Source: a virus (taxonomy: Duplodnaviria; Caudoviricetes). From it: a stretch of DNA of 53,410 bases. The position numbers and the translations under genes were made by a program. The notes below the pieces were generated by a model, which was given only the letters and a program-made list of their open reading frames with translations, had not been told where the DNA came from and searched no databases. Shown here piece by piece: positions 1 to 10,282 of the stretch. The stretch is from positions 1 to 53,410 of IMG/VR virus record IMGVR_UViG_3300033182_000800; one strand, written 5' to 3'. How positions within the stretch are numbered: the stretch's first letter is position 1; each line of letters starts with the position of its first letter.

Positions 1-428
1 TACTGCCATCTGAGGTGGCAGCTAGAGCATTTCTACTCTCAGTCAAATCACCGAAATCAGTGGCATTGCCAGGTGTTGCTATGGTAATGTAGTCTAGAGT
101 GTTTACATAGGCACCATCATGACCACCCCCGAAGACACCTCTACTGCCGTCTGAGGTGGCAGCTGGAGCATGTCTACTCTCAGTCAAATCACCGAAATCA
201 GTGGCATTGCCAGGTGTTGCTATGGTAATGTAGTCTAGAGTGTTTACATTAGCAGCACCATCATAACCACCCCCGAAGACACCTCTACTGCCATCTGAGG
301 TGGCAGCTAGATGACTTCTACCCTCAGTCAAATCACCGAAATCAGTGGCATTGCCAGGTGTTGCTATGGTAATGTAGTCTAGAGTGTTTACTTGGGCAGG
401 AGCTTCACCACCCCCGAAGACACCTCTA
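1..428 (-). repeat. Three tandem coding repeats of 141/144/~141 bp
   Basis: Units start at 1, 142 and 286; a 69-nt block (gtaaacactctagac...ttgactgag on the minus strand) is identical in all three. Confidence 0.95.
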
Positions 429-919
429 TCTCCGAATAAAAAGTTACTACTACTTGTAGTCAAACTTTCTAATGGGACATCATAAGTATATCCCTCAAAA
501 TATGCAGTGAAGTAAAATGTCTGATCGTTCAGATTCCTCAACTCTAATTCAATCGTAGTGTGTGTAGCATTTGCAGTTCTTGTAGAAAACATTTGGAGTT
601 CTTCTGAATCTAAATTATACAAATGTTCCACTTCTACTGAATCGTTCAATATCTCATATGTTGCTGCTTCATAATTACTTTCACTCACTACAGGTAAGGT
701 TTGTGTCCCTGATCTGTCCAGATTACCTATAAATGATGCTTTGATGTATGCTCCAGTATTTCCCGTGAATACCAATGATGCAACATACTTGTCATCTTTT
801 GGCAGACCACCACTCAACTTAGAGTCATCAATCTTCAGGAATTTTTGCCCTTTTGTTGCATCAGTACCTATAAGATTGATAGTCTGTGCCAGTGATGTAT
901 TTGACGAAAAAATAGACAT
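1..919 (-). CDS. Virion/receptor-binding-like protein with Kelch-like beta-propeller repeats (3' end runs off the window)
   Basis: Manual translation from ATG at 919: MSIFSSNTSLAQ..., then 47-48 aa repeats RGVFGGG-x5/6-VNTLDYITIATPGNATDFGDLTE-x5-AATSDGS; open to position 1; last gene of the fibre cluster in this window. Confidence 0.75.
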   Translation of the reverse strand, partial: MSIFSSNTSLAQTINLIGTDATKGQKFLKIDDSKLSGGLPKDDKYVASLVFTGNTGAYIKASFIGNLDRSGTQTLPVVSESNYEAATYEILNDSVEVEHLYNLDSEELQMFSTRTANATHTTIELELRNLNDQTFYFTAYFEGYTYDVPLESLTTSSSNFLFGDRGVFGGGEAPAQVNTLDYITIATPGNATDFGDLTEGRSHLAATSDGSRGVFGGGYDGAANVNTLDYITIATPGNATDFGDLTESRHAPAATSDGSRGVFGGGHDGAYVNTLDYITIATPGNATDFGDLTESRNALAATSDGS

Positions 920-927
920 TCAAACCT

Positions 928-1530
928 TTATGTTGTGTAAGAAGAATAAACATTTGTTAATGCAGTATCACCATAAACTTTGATGAATATTTTCCAAACT
1001 GCATTAGTCTTAGCATTACCACTGTCTGTATTTTTGAATGCAACAGGAATTTCAAATGCAGTGGAGTTGATATTCGCAGGTGTACCAACAGTTACTTGTA
1101 CTGCACCTGAACCTAAAGTATCATTACCTAGTCTTTCTGCAGAACCTGTATCGGTCAAAGTGACCGTTGTTGATGAACCAACATATAAAGCATCTGTGGT
1201 AATTGAAAATGTATTGATAGCATTACTATCATTGCCAGTAATAGTCAATCTAGAAGAATATGATCCTGCAAGAGTCGTATTTGCCTCAACTTGTACATAC
1301 ACAGTATTAGTTACTCCATCACCTAAAGAGGTGATAGTACCTGCCACTAGTCGTTCAATCGTATTGGCTGCACCACCTGTAGTGACCAAATTCACATCTT
1401 CCCAAAACAAAGAAGTTGAGTTTGCGTACAACTTATTAGTCAGTGAAACTGGAGCACTAGTATGATTTGTCAAAGTAACATAATTATCACTATCATTCTG
1501 GGATATAGTAGTGGATTTTAGTGTTGCCAT
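928..1530 (-). CDS. Tail-fibre-associated protein; paralog of the C-terminal domain of the upstream fibre
   Basis: Last ~145 aa are highly similar to the C-terminus of 1542..3227. Confidence 0.7.
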   Translation of the reverse strand: MATLKSTTISQNDSDNYVTLTNHTSAPVSLTNKLYANSTSLFWEDVNLVTTGGAANTIERLVAGTITSLGDGVTNTVYVQVEANTTLAGSYSSRLTITGNDSNAINTFSITTDALYVGSSTTVTLTDTGSAERLGNDTLGSGAVQVTVGTPANINSTAFEIPVAFKNTDSGNAKTNAVWKIFIKVYGDTALTNVYSSYTT

Positions 1531-1541
1531 TCAAACAATCC

Positions 1542-3227
1542 TTATGTCGTATAAGAAGAATAAATGTTAGCCAATGCAGTATCACCATAGACCTTGGTTA
1601 CTATTTTCCAAGGTACATTAGTCTTAGCATTACCACTATCGGTGTTCTTGAACGATACTGGAATTTCAAATGCAGTGGAGTTGATATTCGCAGGTGTACC
1701 AACAGTTACTTGTACTGCACCTGAACCTAAAGTATCATTACCTAGTCTTTCTGCCGAACCAATATCTGTCAAATTTACAGTTGTTGATGAACCATTATAC
1801 ATTACCATTGTATCTACTACAAATGTATTTGCTACATTACTGTCACTTCCAGAAATAGTCATTCTATTTCCATAAGTACCTGTAAGAGTCGTATTTGCTT
1901 CAACTTGTACATACACAGTATTAGTTACTCCATCACCTAAAGAAGAAATAGTACCTTCTACTCTAACCTCTATTGTATTTGCAGCACCACCAGAACCAGA
2001 ACCAACCCCGACCCAACTTGTACCATTATAGACTTCCATCAAAACATCATCTGAATTGAAACGAACTTGTCCTTGACTTGCAGAGCCAGGTCTAGCACCA
2101 GTATCTCCAACTGGTATGAGTAATGCACCAGTATTACTTGAACCGATATGACCAGCTGCATTGATATCACCACTCACATCTACTCTGAAGACTGTTGATG
2201 ATGAATTAGCAAATTGAATTACAGGAGTTGTGGCAGTGGTAGAATCATTTCGGACATAGAGAGAAGTGCCTGTTGCATTCCCATCACTCACTAGAGAAAC
2301 AAGATTTCCTGAATGAGTTCCTGTTGATGCAACTGTAATTGCTTCACCTGTAGTCAGTCCATCCATTGAGATGTTGATACCTTTACCTGATGTAGCAGAA
2401 TCGGCAGTGATATCTAAAACTGTACCAGTAAGGACTCCTTCTCCCTCAAGCTCAAGGATTGTCCCAGATGTTGCTGCAGAAGCAATTTTTGCAGTATTGG
2501 TTGTTGTTTGTTCTGCATCAATTTCAAGAGTATATCCACCAGCAACAGAATTACTGTCTATAAAAATACCTCTACCGTTTGCAGAGATGACTTCTAGACC
2601 TGTTGTACCCTCACCACCAGCATTCTGTTGATTGATCTTGACGAGAGACCTTGTAGACCCATCATTCAGGTCTTGATTGACATGAATACCAGTACCTGTA
2701 GTCTGTGATGCAAGATTGACATACAAAGCATCTGTTGCAACCTGACTACTTTCAATTTCTAATGACCTATTACTTGCATCATTACCTGTAATCTTCAGAC
2801 CAGGCTTGTTTGAATCTGATTTCTGTACGATGTCTACTGCACCGACATAAACATTTGCCCAGAGAAGAGCCGTAGTTCCGAGGTCATGGGTTACATTTGC
2901 ATTTGGAATGATGTCAGAACTGACATATGCAGCAAGATTGATTGTGTCCGTGGTCTCGTTACCCAGAGTAAGAGTTCCATCAGCAGAGATGTTACCGTTT
3001 GCATGAATGTTTCCATGAACATTCAAATTATTACCAATAGTCATACTCTTTGCAACTCCGATACCTCCAGTAGTGATAATTGATCCTGTGGTGTTACTTG
3101 TAGAGTCTGTAGAGTTAGAGAGTTTTATGAAGTTTGAAGAACCATCTGTCTGTGTCATGACCAGAAGTTCATTAGTCTTCACTCTCCATTGGTCAAAGGT
3201 TTCTGATAATGCTACGTTGGCAGACAT
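1542..3227 (-). CDS. Tail fibre / virion structural protein
   Basis: N-terminal TFDQWRVKTN motif typical of T4-like fibres; STDSTSNTTGSIITTGGIGVAK and LLIPVGDTGARP...GQVRFN fibre motifs; beta-helix-like middle. Confidence 0.75.
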   Translation of the reverse strand: MSANVALSETFDQWRVKTNELLVMTQTDGSSNFIKLSNSTDSTSNTTGSIITTGGIGVAKSMTIGNNLNVHGNIHANGNISADGTLTLGNETTDTINLAAYVSSDIIPNANVTHDLGTTALLWANVYVGAVDIVQKSDSNKPGLKITGNDASNRSLEIESSQVATDALYVNLASQTTGTGIHVNQDLNDGSTRSLVKINQQNAGGEGTTGLEVISANGRGIFIDSNSVAGGYTLEIDAEQTTTNTAKIASAATSGTILELEGEGVLTGTVLDITADSATSGKGINISMDGLTTGEAITVASTGTHSGNLVSLVSDGNATGTSLYVRNDSTTATTPVIQFANSSSTVFRVDVSGDINAAGHIGSSNTGALLIPVGDTGARPGSASQGQVRFNSDDVLMEVYNGTSWVGVGSGSGGAANTIEVRVEGTISSLGDGVTNTVYVQVEANTTLTGTYGNRMTISGSDSNVANTFVVDTMVMYNGSSTTVNLTDIGSAERLGNDTLGSGAVQVTVGTPANINSTAFEIPVSFKNTDSGNAKTNVPWKIVTKVYGDTALANIYSSYTT

Positions 3228-3230
3228 CTT

Positions 3231-3467
3231 TTACAACTCCTTTTTGTTTAATAATTCTCTGAGGAGAGACTTGATTTCAAGCATTTCCTCTCTTACAGTA
3301 TTTAGTTCATCTACTTTAGATTTTATCATCTGCCATTCTTTCGCTTGTTCATCTATAAATTTTTTTCTTTGCCGATGATTTTCAAGAGCCACTCTGTCAG
3401 TATTTAGAAGAGCTTTTGAATGTATGTCTCTAACGTATGATTGATTTTCTGTTTGAACTGTTTCCAT
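3231..3467 (-). CDS. Small conserved T4-like protein (coiled coil)
   Basis: YVRDIHSKALLNTD motif and C-terminal EIKSLLRELL; coupled to the giant upstream gene. Confidence 0.7.
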   Translation of the reverse strand: METVQTENQSYVRDIHSKALLNTDRVALENHRQRKKFIDEQAKEWQMIKSKVDELNTVREEMLEIKSLLRELLNKKEL

Positions 3468-6400
3468 TATTCATCCAGTGCAATAGCCCTCATGTCTCTG
3501 ACTTTCGGGATTACTGTTGCATTATTTGAGGTTAGTGCTATCTTAATTGCAAATGTTTTAAACTTCTCGTATGTTACATTTGAAGAAGTGTATGTAATTG
3601 CATCATTTGCAGATTTGAAAACTAATTCTTTTGTATCACCTTCTGTCAAAGAGAACACCGAACTTGGTGTCTCTTGTGACATTAAGACATAATTTTTTTT
3701 ATCAAAATCCTCTGGATCTTCATCTGACTTGACTTTGAAATAAACATGGATGCCAGAACCAAGTGGTTTATACGCATTGATTATAACTTTCAAATCTGAT
3801 GCATCAAAACCATCCTCAAGTGTGACTCTTCTTGAGATATATTTTGTGTTAATGTTTCCACCAGATGATGCAGTCTCACCGACTATGTTTGCAACTGCAG
3901 GAGTGCCACTTGTACCAGAAAAAGGTGAGGAAATTGTGACAGTTGGTGTGGTTAAGTATCCAGAACCTGCAAGAACAGGGACTACATTTGAAACAGAACC
4001 GACTGCTGTACTGACGATAGCAAATGTATTTGAATGTGTCACTGAAGAGCCTGTAAGAGCTCTTGCAGAATCATTATTTGCAGAATCAGCTTGAATGAAC
4101 GTACCATTTGCAAATACACCGAATGAATTAGCTGTAGTCTTTATCGTGATTGATGATACGTTCTTGGTTGGATCATCGTCAATAAATGTTTGACTCTTGA
4201 CGATACCTATTGCGGCATTAACAAGTGCATCATTATTTGCGGCTGCAGTTTGAGTTGCACCAGATCCAAGATTATCTCCAGCAGGATTTACTGTTACAGT
4301 TCTTATACCCTCACCCACTACAAACTGTGCAGGTGCGGTAGAATTTGCAGTATAATCACTATTTGCAGATGCAAGACAGTCTGTATTTGCAGTGGATATA
4401 TTCAGGACAACCTCAACATGCACATTAGCTGTTGCAGTGTTTGAACCTGTGTCTGGAGCAGACAATGTCGCAGTAAATGCATTTGGAGCAGTATTCACAT
4501 ATCCTGTGCCTCTTGTTGTTACAACTATGTCATTTGCAGAAATTATCGCATTGTCAATGTCGTTTTCAATCGTAATTACACTCATTCTGTCAAGATCAAT
4601 AACAGGAGATACATGCGAGTTTGAAGTACTCATCGTACAGTTGATTGAAAACATTCCATTTGTCTTCATTGTCATCTGTCTTGTGGCATCCAAAGTAATA
4701 TTTTGATCTGGACTAAATCCTACATAACCGACTAATGAGTTTGCAGTAGTAGCAGAATCGTATGTGAAGTCAGCAGTCGTATTACTAAATTGAATGGTAG
4801 ATGTAGTGGTCTTAAATGTCTGATACTGTACGTTTGCAGTGTTACCAGATGCCCCATTTGCATGAGAATCAAATCTAGCAAAGTTATTAGCACCACCAGT
4901 ACCAGTGAATTCACATCTGTTCATTCGCATCATCAAGAACTCTTCACCAATTTGTTCCCAAGTTCCTGCATTCTGAGGTCTATAGAAAGAACCAACAAAA
5001 GGTTGTTTTGAAATCTTTCTTGTTGTACCTCTTGCATTTAATCCGTACTTTGCAGTATGTAAAGTATATTCTGTACTATTAGACAGAATTGTGATTGCAT
5101 ACTCATCGGGAGTCAAATAAACTGGTGACTCAAAAGTGAATGTGGTTGAAGTAGTTGTGTTACTTGTGAATGCGTTCGCAGTAGTAGATGCTTGAACCTT
5201 ATCTGGATTCAATGTAACTTCTGAAAATGGTAACACTAAAGAACTACTTGGAAACCCATTTACCATTGGTCTGATTTGAATTGTCACGGGCAAGTTTACA
5301 TCTTTTCCACTAAAGAATAATGTGACATCTCGTAAGAAAAGACCCATTGGAAAATTGCTTGGATCAACAAAGAAAGACTGTGCCATTGGGTTGATCCAAC
5401 TTGATTCAGATGTTTGTCTTGTAGTTGTGTCTGTAACTACACCTTCATCAGCAATAGACTCTCTTCTAATAATTGGTTCTCTTGTGGAAACAATTAGTTT
5501 TTCTCTATTTTGTAGGAGTCCTTTTGCTTTGAACAATGTCTCTGCAACAGTAGTCGTTGAAGACAGTTCATTGTTTGCATGATCTGTAATTCTAACGATT
5601 CTATCACCACTCCTGAATGTCCCTGCAGGAATATCAATATCACCAGCGATCTCACCTTGATCATTAGTTTGCATTTGTGAGATACCAGAAGATAATATAC
5701 CTCTTGAGTTTGCAGTGATTGTACTGATGGTGCCATTTGCTCCACTAGTCAATCCTGTGACTACGTTAGCAGCTGCAAATCCAATTGCTGAATTTGTCAC
5801 TCTATTGTTTTGCGATGTGACAGGAGATGCTAGTGTTGCAGAAGAATTACCTGTTATATCTGTGATGAAGATTGTTGCAACATTACTTACAGTATTTGAT
5901 GCAATTCTTACTATACCTTGATTGTTTGCAGAGTCTTTGATGATTTCACCATCTTGGAAAGCACCATTTGCACTTCCAAGTACGAGTTTCTTTGCAGGTT
6001 CTGTGTTTGCACTCATATCTGTAGAACTGATGAACACATACACATTAGTTAAGGGTTTTAAACCTTTTGCAGCAAAAGATATTCTTTGTGAACGTACAAA
6101 TGGTACGATACTCATATCAAGCACACGATTCCCTACAGTCTTAACGATTGTCTCTACTGGATTTTCGTTCTTGATACCAAACTTTGTCTTATTCTGCTCA
6201 AGTAAATTTGTACTTCTTGTTTTAACACCGACACCTGAAGAATTAGAAACTGCTGTATTTGGTTCTGGATTTATTTGTCTTCCTGTCCAGTTGACAGACC
6301 AATCATCCCACTGTGCACCAAATCCAAGTCGGCTGTCATTAGGACTCAATACATAGTTGTCATGATGCCCTTCAACATTAGTAGTCACTTCTGGTCTTGT

Positions 6401-9400
6401 TGTGTCATCAAACCAAGTATCAGAAGGTGGGTCTACCTTGAGACTACCTATGAAGTTTACAATGTTGAATGGATTGATAGCAGTTGTATTACTTGTCAGA
6501 GGTTGTTCAATGAATGTCGTATTTGAAAACGGCAATGTAATCAAATCACCTGTCTTTACAGCATTATTACTTCCAGATTCATTAAATGAAAATCTGAAAT
6601 TATCATAGTAGAAAGAAGGTCTAAGTTGCTTCTCTGAAAAATGTACTGATGAATTATAATCATCACTTGTGACATCACCGATTGAGTGACCAGCAAATGG
6701 ATCTACAAGGATACCATTTTTAAATCTTGTGCCGGTTGTATTGAAAAGTGAGTCTCTGGCCGCATCACCAGTAATATCTCTTGCCTCTGTTTCTTTCTCA
6801 AGAATGCTAAGGGAAGTAAAATATTCAAGTCTTTCAATTCTTTTCTCAAGTTTACCAATATCTCTCATTGTGAATCGTTTGTTGTCAATGTAACGAGTCT
6901 CAATGTCAGTAAGTGCAAAAGTATATGCTGGAATCTTGAGTGTATAAAGAGTCATTGAGTCTTCATCATCTGGTGGAGCCACTGGATTCTTTTGTGACTT
7001 ACCTTTAATGACTTCAAACTGTCTGTCTCTTGAAAGCACTAATTTGTCAATTCTTGGTAAATAATATTCGTAACCAAGAGTAGTAGTTGTGTCTGAATCT
7101 GGATTGAGTGTAGTAGTTTCAAGAATTGCATCGGTTTCATCTGCAAAAGTATATGTTCTTGATGCAGTATTATCTGGTACAATAGGTCTGAAATCCAAAA
7201 CGTCTGAAAGTCTAAACTGGTCACCTCTTGATGGACTTGTAAATGTAGGAATATTTACATAAGAAAATGTATTTTGTCCGCCATTGAAAGTACCAGTTGT
7301 TGGATATGAATTTGCAGAGAAAAAACCACCAGTTGATGGATGTGTAAATCTATCATATACAATTACGATCTGACCAGTTGGAGCTGCTTTTCCAGGCTTT
7401 AAAATTATTGCAGAGTGTCCGTAAATGTTATCTGTCTGGCCTGTATCCAAAGTGTAAGAATCAACAATATTATTGGCAGAAGCCTGCATCATAGTATTTG
7501 AAACGGCTCTATTCAAATCACCAGAGTCAACAACTTTTACTATATTAAAAACATCAGAAACAGGTAATTCAATTCTATCTCCAACTGTTCTGGATGGATT
7601 AGTAACTAAAAATTGTCCATTTGCAATATGTTGTGTCAATGTTCCAGTTGTAGTGTAATTGTTTGTATATTTTGCAGCAACTAAAGATTTAGATTTTGCA
7701 TTTCCAGCAATCCCTGTTCTTTTTGCTGAGTATGTAACGTGTAGAGAAACTGCAGATCCAGTATTACAATCAATTTCTGCAGAAGTTCCTGTTCCAGAAA
7801 TTGTAATTTTCCTATCAACTCCGTCTGAACCATCAAAACTTGGATATTGTCCTGCAGATAATGTTACACCAGTATTACTTTCCCCTACAGAATCAGCAGT
7901 AGTGGTTGTAACGATAAATGCTTCTGCTGCCTGTGTTGCAGACAAAACACCATCAGAAAAATCAAAAGTATCTGTACCAGAGAGTGTTATCGTTACCTTC
8001 CCATCTGAAGCAGTAGTAACAATATTACCACCTGTTGAATTTGCAGCAACATCTTTGAAAAAATAACTTACATTCTCTACCTTTTTTAGAGGTGAATCTG
8101 GTAATGGAAAAACTAAACTATTAAATTGTGTTTCTTTTATGATGGTATTTGCAGTTGGAACATTGTTGAATCTTGAAAGTTCATCGGTATCTGCTTTACC
8201 ATGAAGCACAGTATTGTTTGCTGCAGAAATAGATTGTATGTCTTTGACGAGAAAACTTATATCATAAGTTGAACAGATACCACTTTCTGCTCCACCTGTT
8301 GAATTTGCGACAAGATGTGTTCTCTCTGATAAATCTGTTTGAAAATGAACGAATGCTCCAGTTGTATTTCCAGTATATCCAGTTACAACTCTTGTGTCAG
8401 TTACATTTGAGACACCATTGGCAGATCCCTGTTCCTCTAAAATTAAAATACCATTATTACCACCATGCGTTTGATTATCTTCTAATTGGATTGTGTCAAG
8501 GTTTTCACCAATGACTTTATTCAATACTGGTGTGGTAATCTTAATTGTAGCACCATTATATGCATCATCAATTTTTGCAAGAGTGTGGAAAAGTGCATTT
8601 GCCGAACCACCCATTGATGTGCTTCTACCTACCTGAACAGTAGTCAAAGATGAATTTGAATCTGCAACTGTACCTGTTTTATTGTTACTCGTTCTTATAT
8701 CGTACAGATAAAGTACATAATCAGAATGAAAATGAGAAGTATTTGATGCATTTCCAGAAGCTGCATAGTAATCAATATCTCTTACACGAGCAGTTCCTAT
8801 CTTTGTCTGTGAAAGGAATGTCTTAAATTCCGTATCGTAAGTATTTGCAGCTGCAGTTCCAGATGTGTTCTGTGATGCAGCATTTACTGAATGTAAATCT
8901 ATGATCGTGTGTTTGGCAATATCAAAATATCCATTTGCATTTTTGATGAATAGTTTATTACCAATTGCGGTACTTGTTCCGTATCCACTTACACTTGCAG
9001 TGTCTCTACCCTTATCTACTGTGACGAATTTTGTAGTAAGACTCTCATATTCATAACCTTTGACATATGCCTTGCCTGGGTCAAGTCCTGCAGAAAATTT
9101 ACTCTCAAATTGAATGACTTGATTTGCAGTATTTGCATCAAATCCACTTGCTACCGAAGTAAGAGTTACGGATGTGGCATTTGTGATCGTGTCTATCGTT
9201 GCAGTTGGTGTGGTATTACCAGACAAGAAGATAACATCACCTTGCGAAAAGTCTGATTCAAAGTCTGTTCCGATACCTGCAACTACTGATGTAGAAGCTG
9301 CATTGATGGTTCTACCTGTGATACCTTGATGAGTTGCAAGTTGTAAATTAAAAGGCGTGACTGTGTAATCACCTGACTCATCAAATGTTCTTCTTGCAAG

Positions 9401-10267
9401 TGTCTTCTCTAATTCACTATAAACTGGATACTTTGTCTCTTCTTGTTTGACACCATTTAAAATTTTCAGTAATTGAAAGAAGTTCTCATCAGCAGTATTC
9501 TCTACTGGATCTGTTGCAGTAAATGTCTTTGCACTAAGATTCAGTGCAATCTTATATCTGTTTGCACCTTGAGCAGCATAGTTGTATGCCCCCTGTGCTG
9601 GATCAAGAAGGCTTGTATCCGTATCAGATGTAATTATACTCTCTGTAACTTGTAAACCTACTCTGTAAGATGGAGTGTCAGAATATTTTTCTAGGATAAG
9701 TGTTTCTGCATCTTTGAATACAAAATATCCACCGACATAGAAAACACCAGTATTAATACTTACTACTGAACCATTTGCAACAGCACCAGAAATACCAGAA
9801 GCACCAGTTGTACTGACAGTATTTGCTTGAACTGTTGTACCTTCTACAGTAATAGTTTCACCATCATCAAATTCATTGTTATTTAAATACTGAAACATCA
9901 ATGTTGGTTGATCACTTGTAGTTGATGCAGCAGTTGCAACCACCTTTGCTCTTGCATTTGATGTAGCACCTGTGACTACACCATTTGAAAAACTATTGAT
10001 TGTAAGGTCTGCACCTGAGAATTGAGTTTCTAATTTAAGAGACTTTACTTTGTTGTCGTAATTTAATTCACAACCGAGAACAATACTTCCTTCATCAAAA
10101 GTATGTCTGCCGTGTCTCTCAATCTGTTTTTGGAGTATTGTCTGCAGTTGAGTTACTTCACGGGCCTGAACAGCATATCCAGGCCGAAACAATACTCTAT
10201 AAAAACTTTTGTCCTCATCGTAATCGTCATAATATGGATTAACATTGAAATCCGTAGTAAGTGCCAT
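3467..10267 (-). CDS. Giant virion structural protein, DUF4815/VrlC-like
   Basis: Starts FNVNPYYDDYDEDKSFYRVLFRPGYAVQARE; contains LARRTFDESGDY, NKRFTMRDIGKLEKRIERLE and PMAQSFFV; ends PKVRDMRAIAL. Confidence 0.85.
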   Translation of the reverse strand: MALTTDFNVNPYYDDYDEDKSFYRVLFRPGYAVQAREVTQLQTILQKQIERHGRHTFDEGSIVLGCELNYDNKVKSLKLETQFSGADLTINSFSNGVVTGATSNARAKVVATAASTTSDQPTLMFQYLNNNEFDDGETITVEGTTVQANTVSTTGASGISGAVANGSVVSINTGVFYVGGYFVFKDAETLILEKYSDTPSYRVGLQVTESIITSDTDTSLLDPAQGAYNYAAQGANRYKIALNLSAKTFTATDPVENTADENFFQLLKILNGVKQEETKYPVYSELEKTLARRTFDESGDYTVTPFNLQLATHQGITGRTINAASTSVVAGIGTDFESDFSQGDVIFLSGNTTPTATIDTITNATSVTLTSVASGFDANTANQVIQFESKFSAGLDPGKAYVKGYEYESLTTKFVTVDKGRDTASVSGYGTSTAIGNKLFIKNANGYFDIAKHTIIDLHSVNAASQNTSGTAAANTYDTEFKTFLSQTKIGTARVRDIDYYAASGNASNTSHFHSDYVLYLYDIRTSNNKTGTVADSNSSLTTVQVGRSTSMGGSANALFHTLAKIDDAYNGATIKITTPVLNKVIGENLDTIQLEDNQTHGGNNGILILEEQGSANGVSNVTDTRVVTGYTGNTTGAFVHFQTDLSERTHLVANSTGGAESGICSTYDISFLVKDIQSISAANNTVLHGKADTDELSRFNNVPTANTIIKETQFNSLVFPLPDSPLKKVENVSYFFKDVAANSTGGNIVTTASDGKVTITLSGTDTFDFSDGVLSATQAAEAFIVTTTTADSVGESNTGVTLSAGQYPSFDGSDGVDRKITISGTGTSAEIDCNTGSAVSLHVTYSAKRTGIAGNAKSKSLVAAKYTNNYTTTGTLTQHIANGQFLVTNPSRTVGDRIELPVSDVFNIVKVVDSGDLNRAVSNTMMQASANNIVDSYTLDTGQTDNIYGHSAIILKPGKAAPTGQIVIVYDRFTHPSTGGFFSANSYPTTGTFNGGQNTFSYVNIPTFTSPSRGDQFRLSDVLDFRPIVPDNTASRTYTFADETDAILETTTLNPDSDTTTTLGYEYYLPRIDKLVLSRDRQFEVIKGKSQKNPVAPPDDEDSMTLYTLKIPAYTFALTDIETRYIDNKRFTMRDIGKLEKRIERLEYFTSLSILEKETEARDITGDAARDSLFNTTGTRFKNGILVDPFAGHSIGDVTSDDYNSSVHFSEKQLRPSFYYDNFRFSFNESGSNNAVKTGDLITLPFSNTTFIEQPLTSNTTAINPFNIVNFIGSLKVDPPSDTWFDDTTRPEVTTNVEGHHDNYVLSPNDSRLGFGAQWDDWSVNWTGRQINPEPNTAVSNSSGVGVKTRSTNLLEQNKTKFGIKNENPVETIVKTVGNRVLDMSIVPFVRSQRISFAAKGLKPLTNVYVFISSTDMSANTEPAKKLVLGSANGAFQDGEIIKDSANNQGIVRIASNTVSNVATIFITDITGNSSATLASPVTSQNNRVTNSAIGFAAANVVTGLTSGANGTISTITANSRGILSSGISQMQTNDQGEIAGDIDIPAGTFRSGDRIVRITDHANNELSSTTTVAETLFKAKGLLQNREKLIVSTREPIIRRESIADEGVVTDTTTRQTSESSWINPMAQSFFVDPSNFPMGLFLRDVTLFFSGKDVNLPVTIQIRPMVNGFPSSSLVLPFSEVTLNPDKVQASTTANAFTSNTTTSTTFTFESPVYLTPDEYAITILSNSTEYTLHTAKYGLNARGTTRKISKQPFVGSFYRPQNAGTWEQIGEEFLMMRMNRCEFTGTGGANNFARFDSHANGASGNTANVQYQTFKTTTSTIQFSNTTADFTYDSATTANSLVGYVGFSPDQNITLDATRQMTMKTNGMFSINCTMSTSNSHVSPVIDLDRMSVITIENDIDNAIISANDIVVTTRGTGYVNTAPNAFTATLSAPDTGSNTATANVHVEVVLNISTANTDCLASANSDYTANSTAPAQFVVGEGIRTVTVNPAGDNLGSGATQTAAANNDALVNAAIGIVKSQTFIDDDPTKNVSSITIKTTANSFGVFANGTFIQADSANNDSARALTGSSVTHSNTFAIVSTAVGSVSNVVPVLAGSGYLTTPTVTISSPFSGTSGTPAVANIVGETASSGGNINTKYISRRVTLEDGFDASDLKVIINAYKPLGSGIHVYFKVKSDEDPEDFDKKNYVLMSQETPSSVFSLTEGDTKELVFKSANDAITYTSSNVTYEKFKTFAIKIALTSNNATVIPKVRDMRAIALDE

Positions 10268-10282
10268 TGATATGTCCTAAAA

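Noticed and set aside
1-428. CRISPR array or DGR variable region
   Set aside because: Units are in-frame coding repeats with only 15-18 nt variable parts. Differences are not adenine-specific (e.g. cta/cca, plus an indel). No cas gene, reverse transcriptase or template repeat lies in the window.
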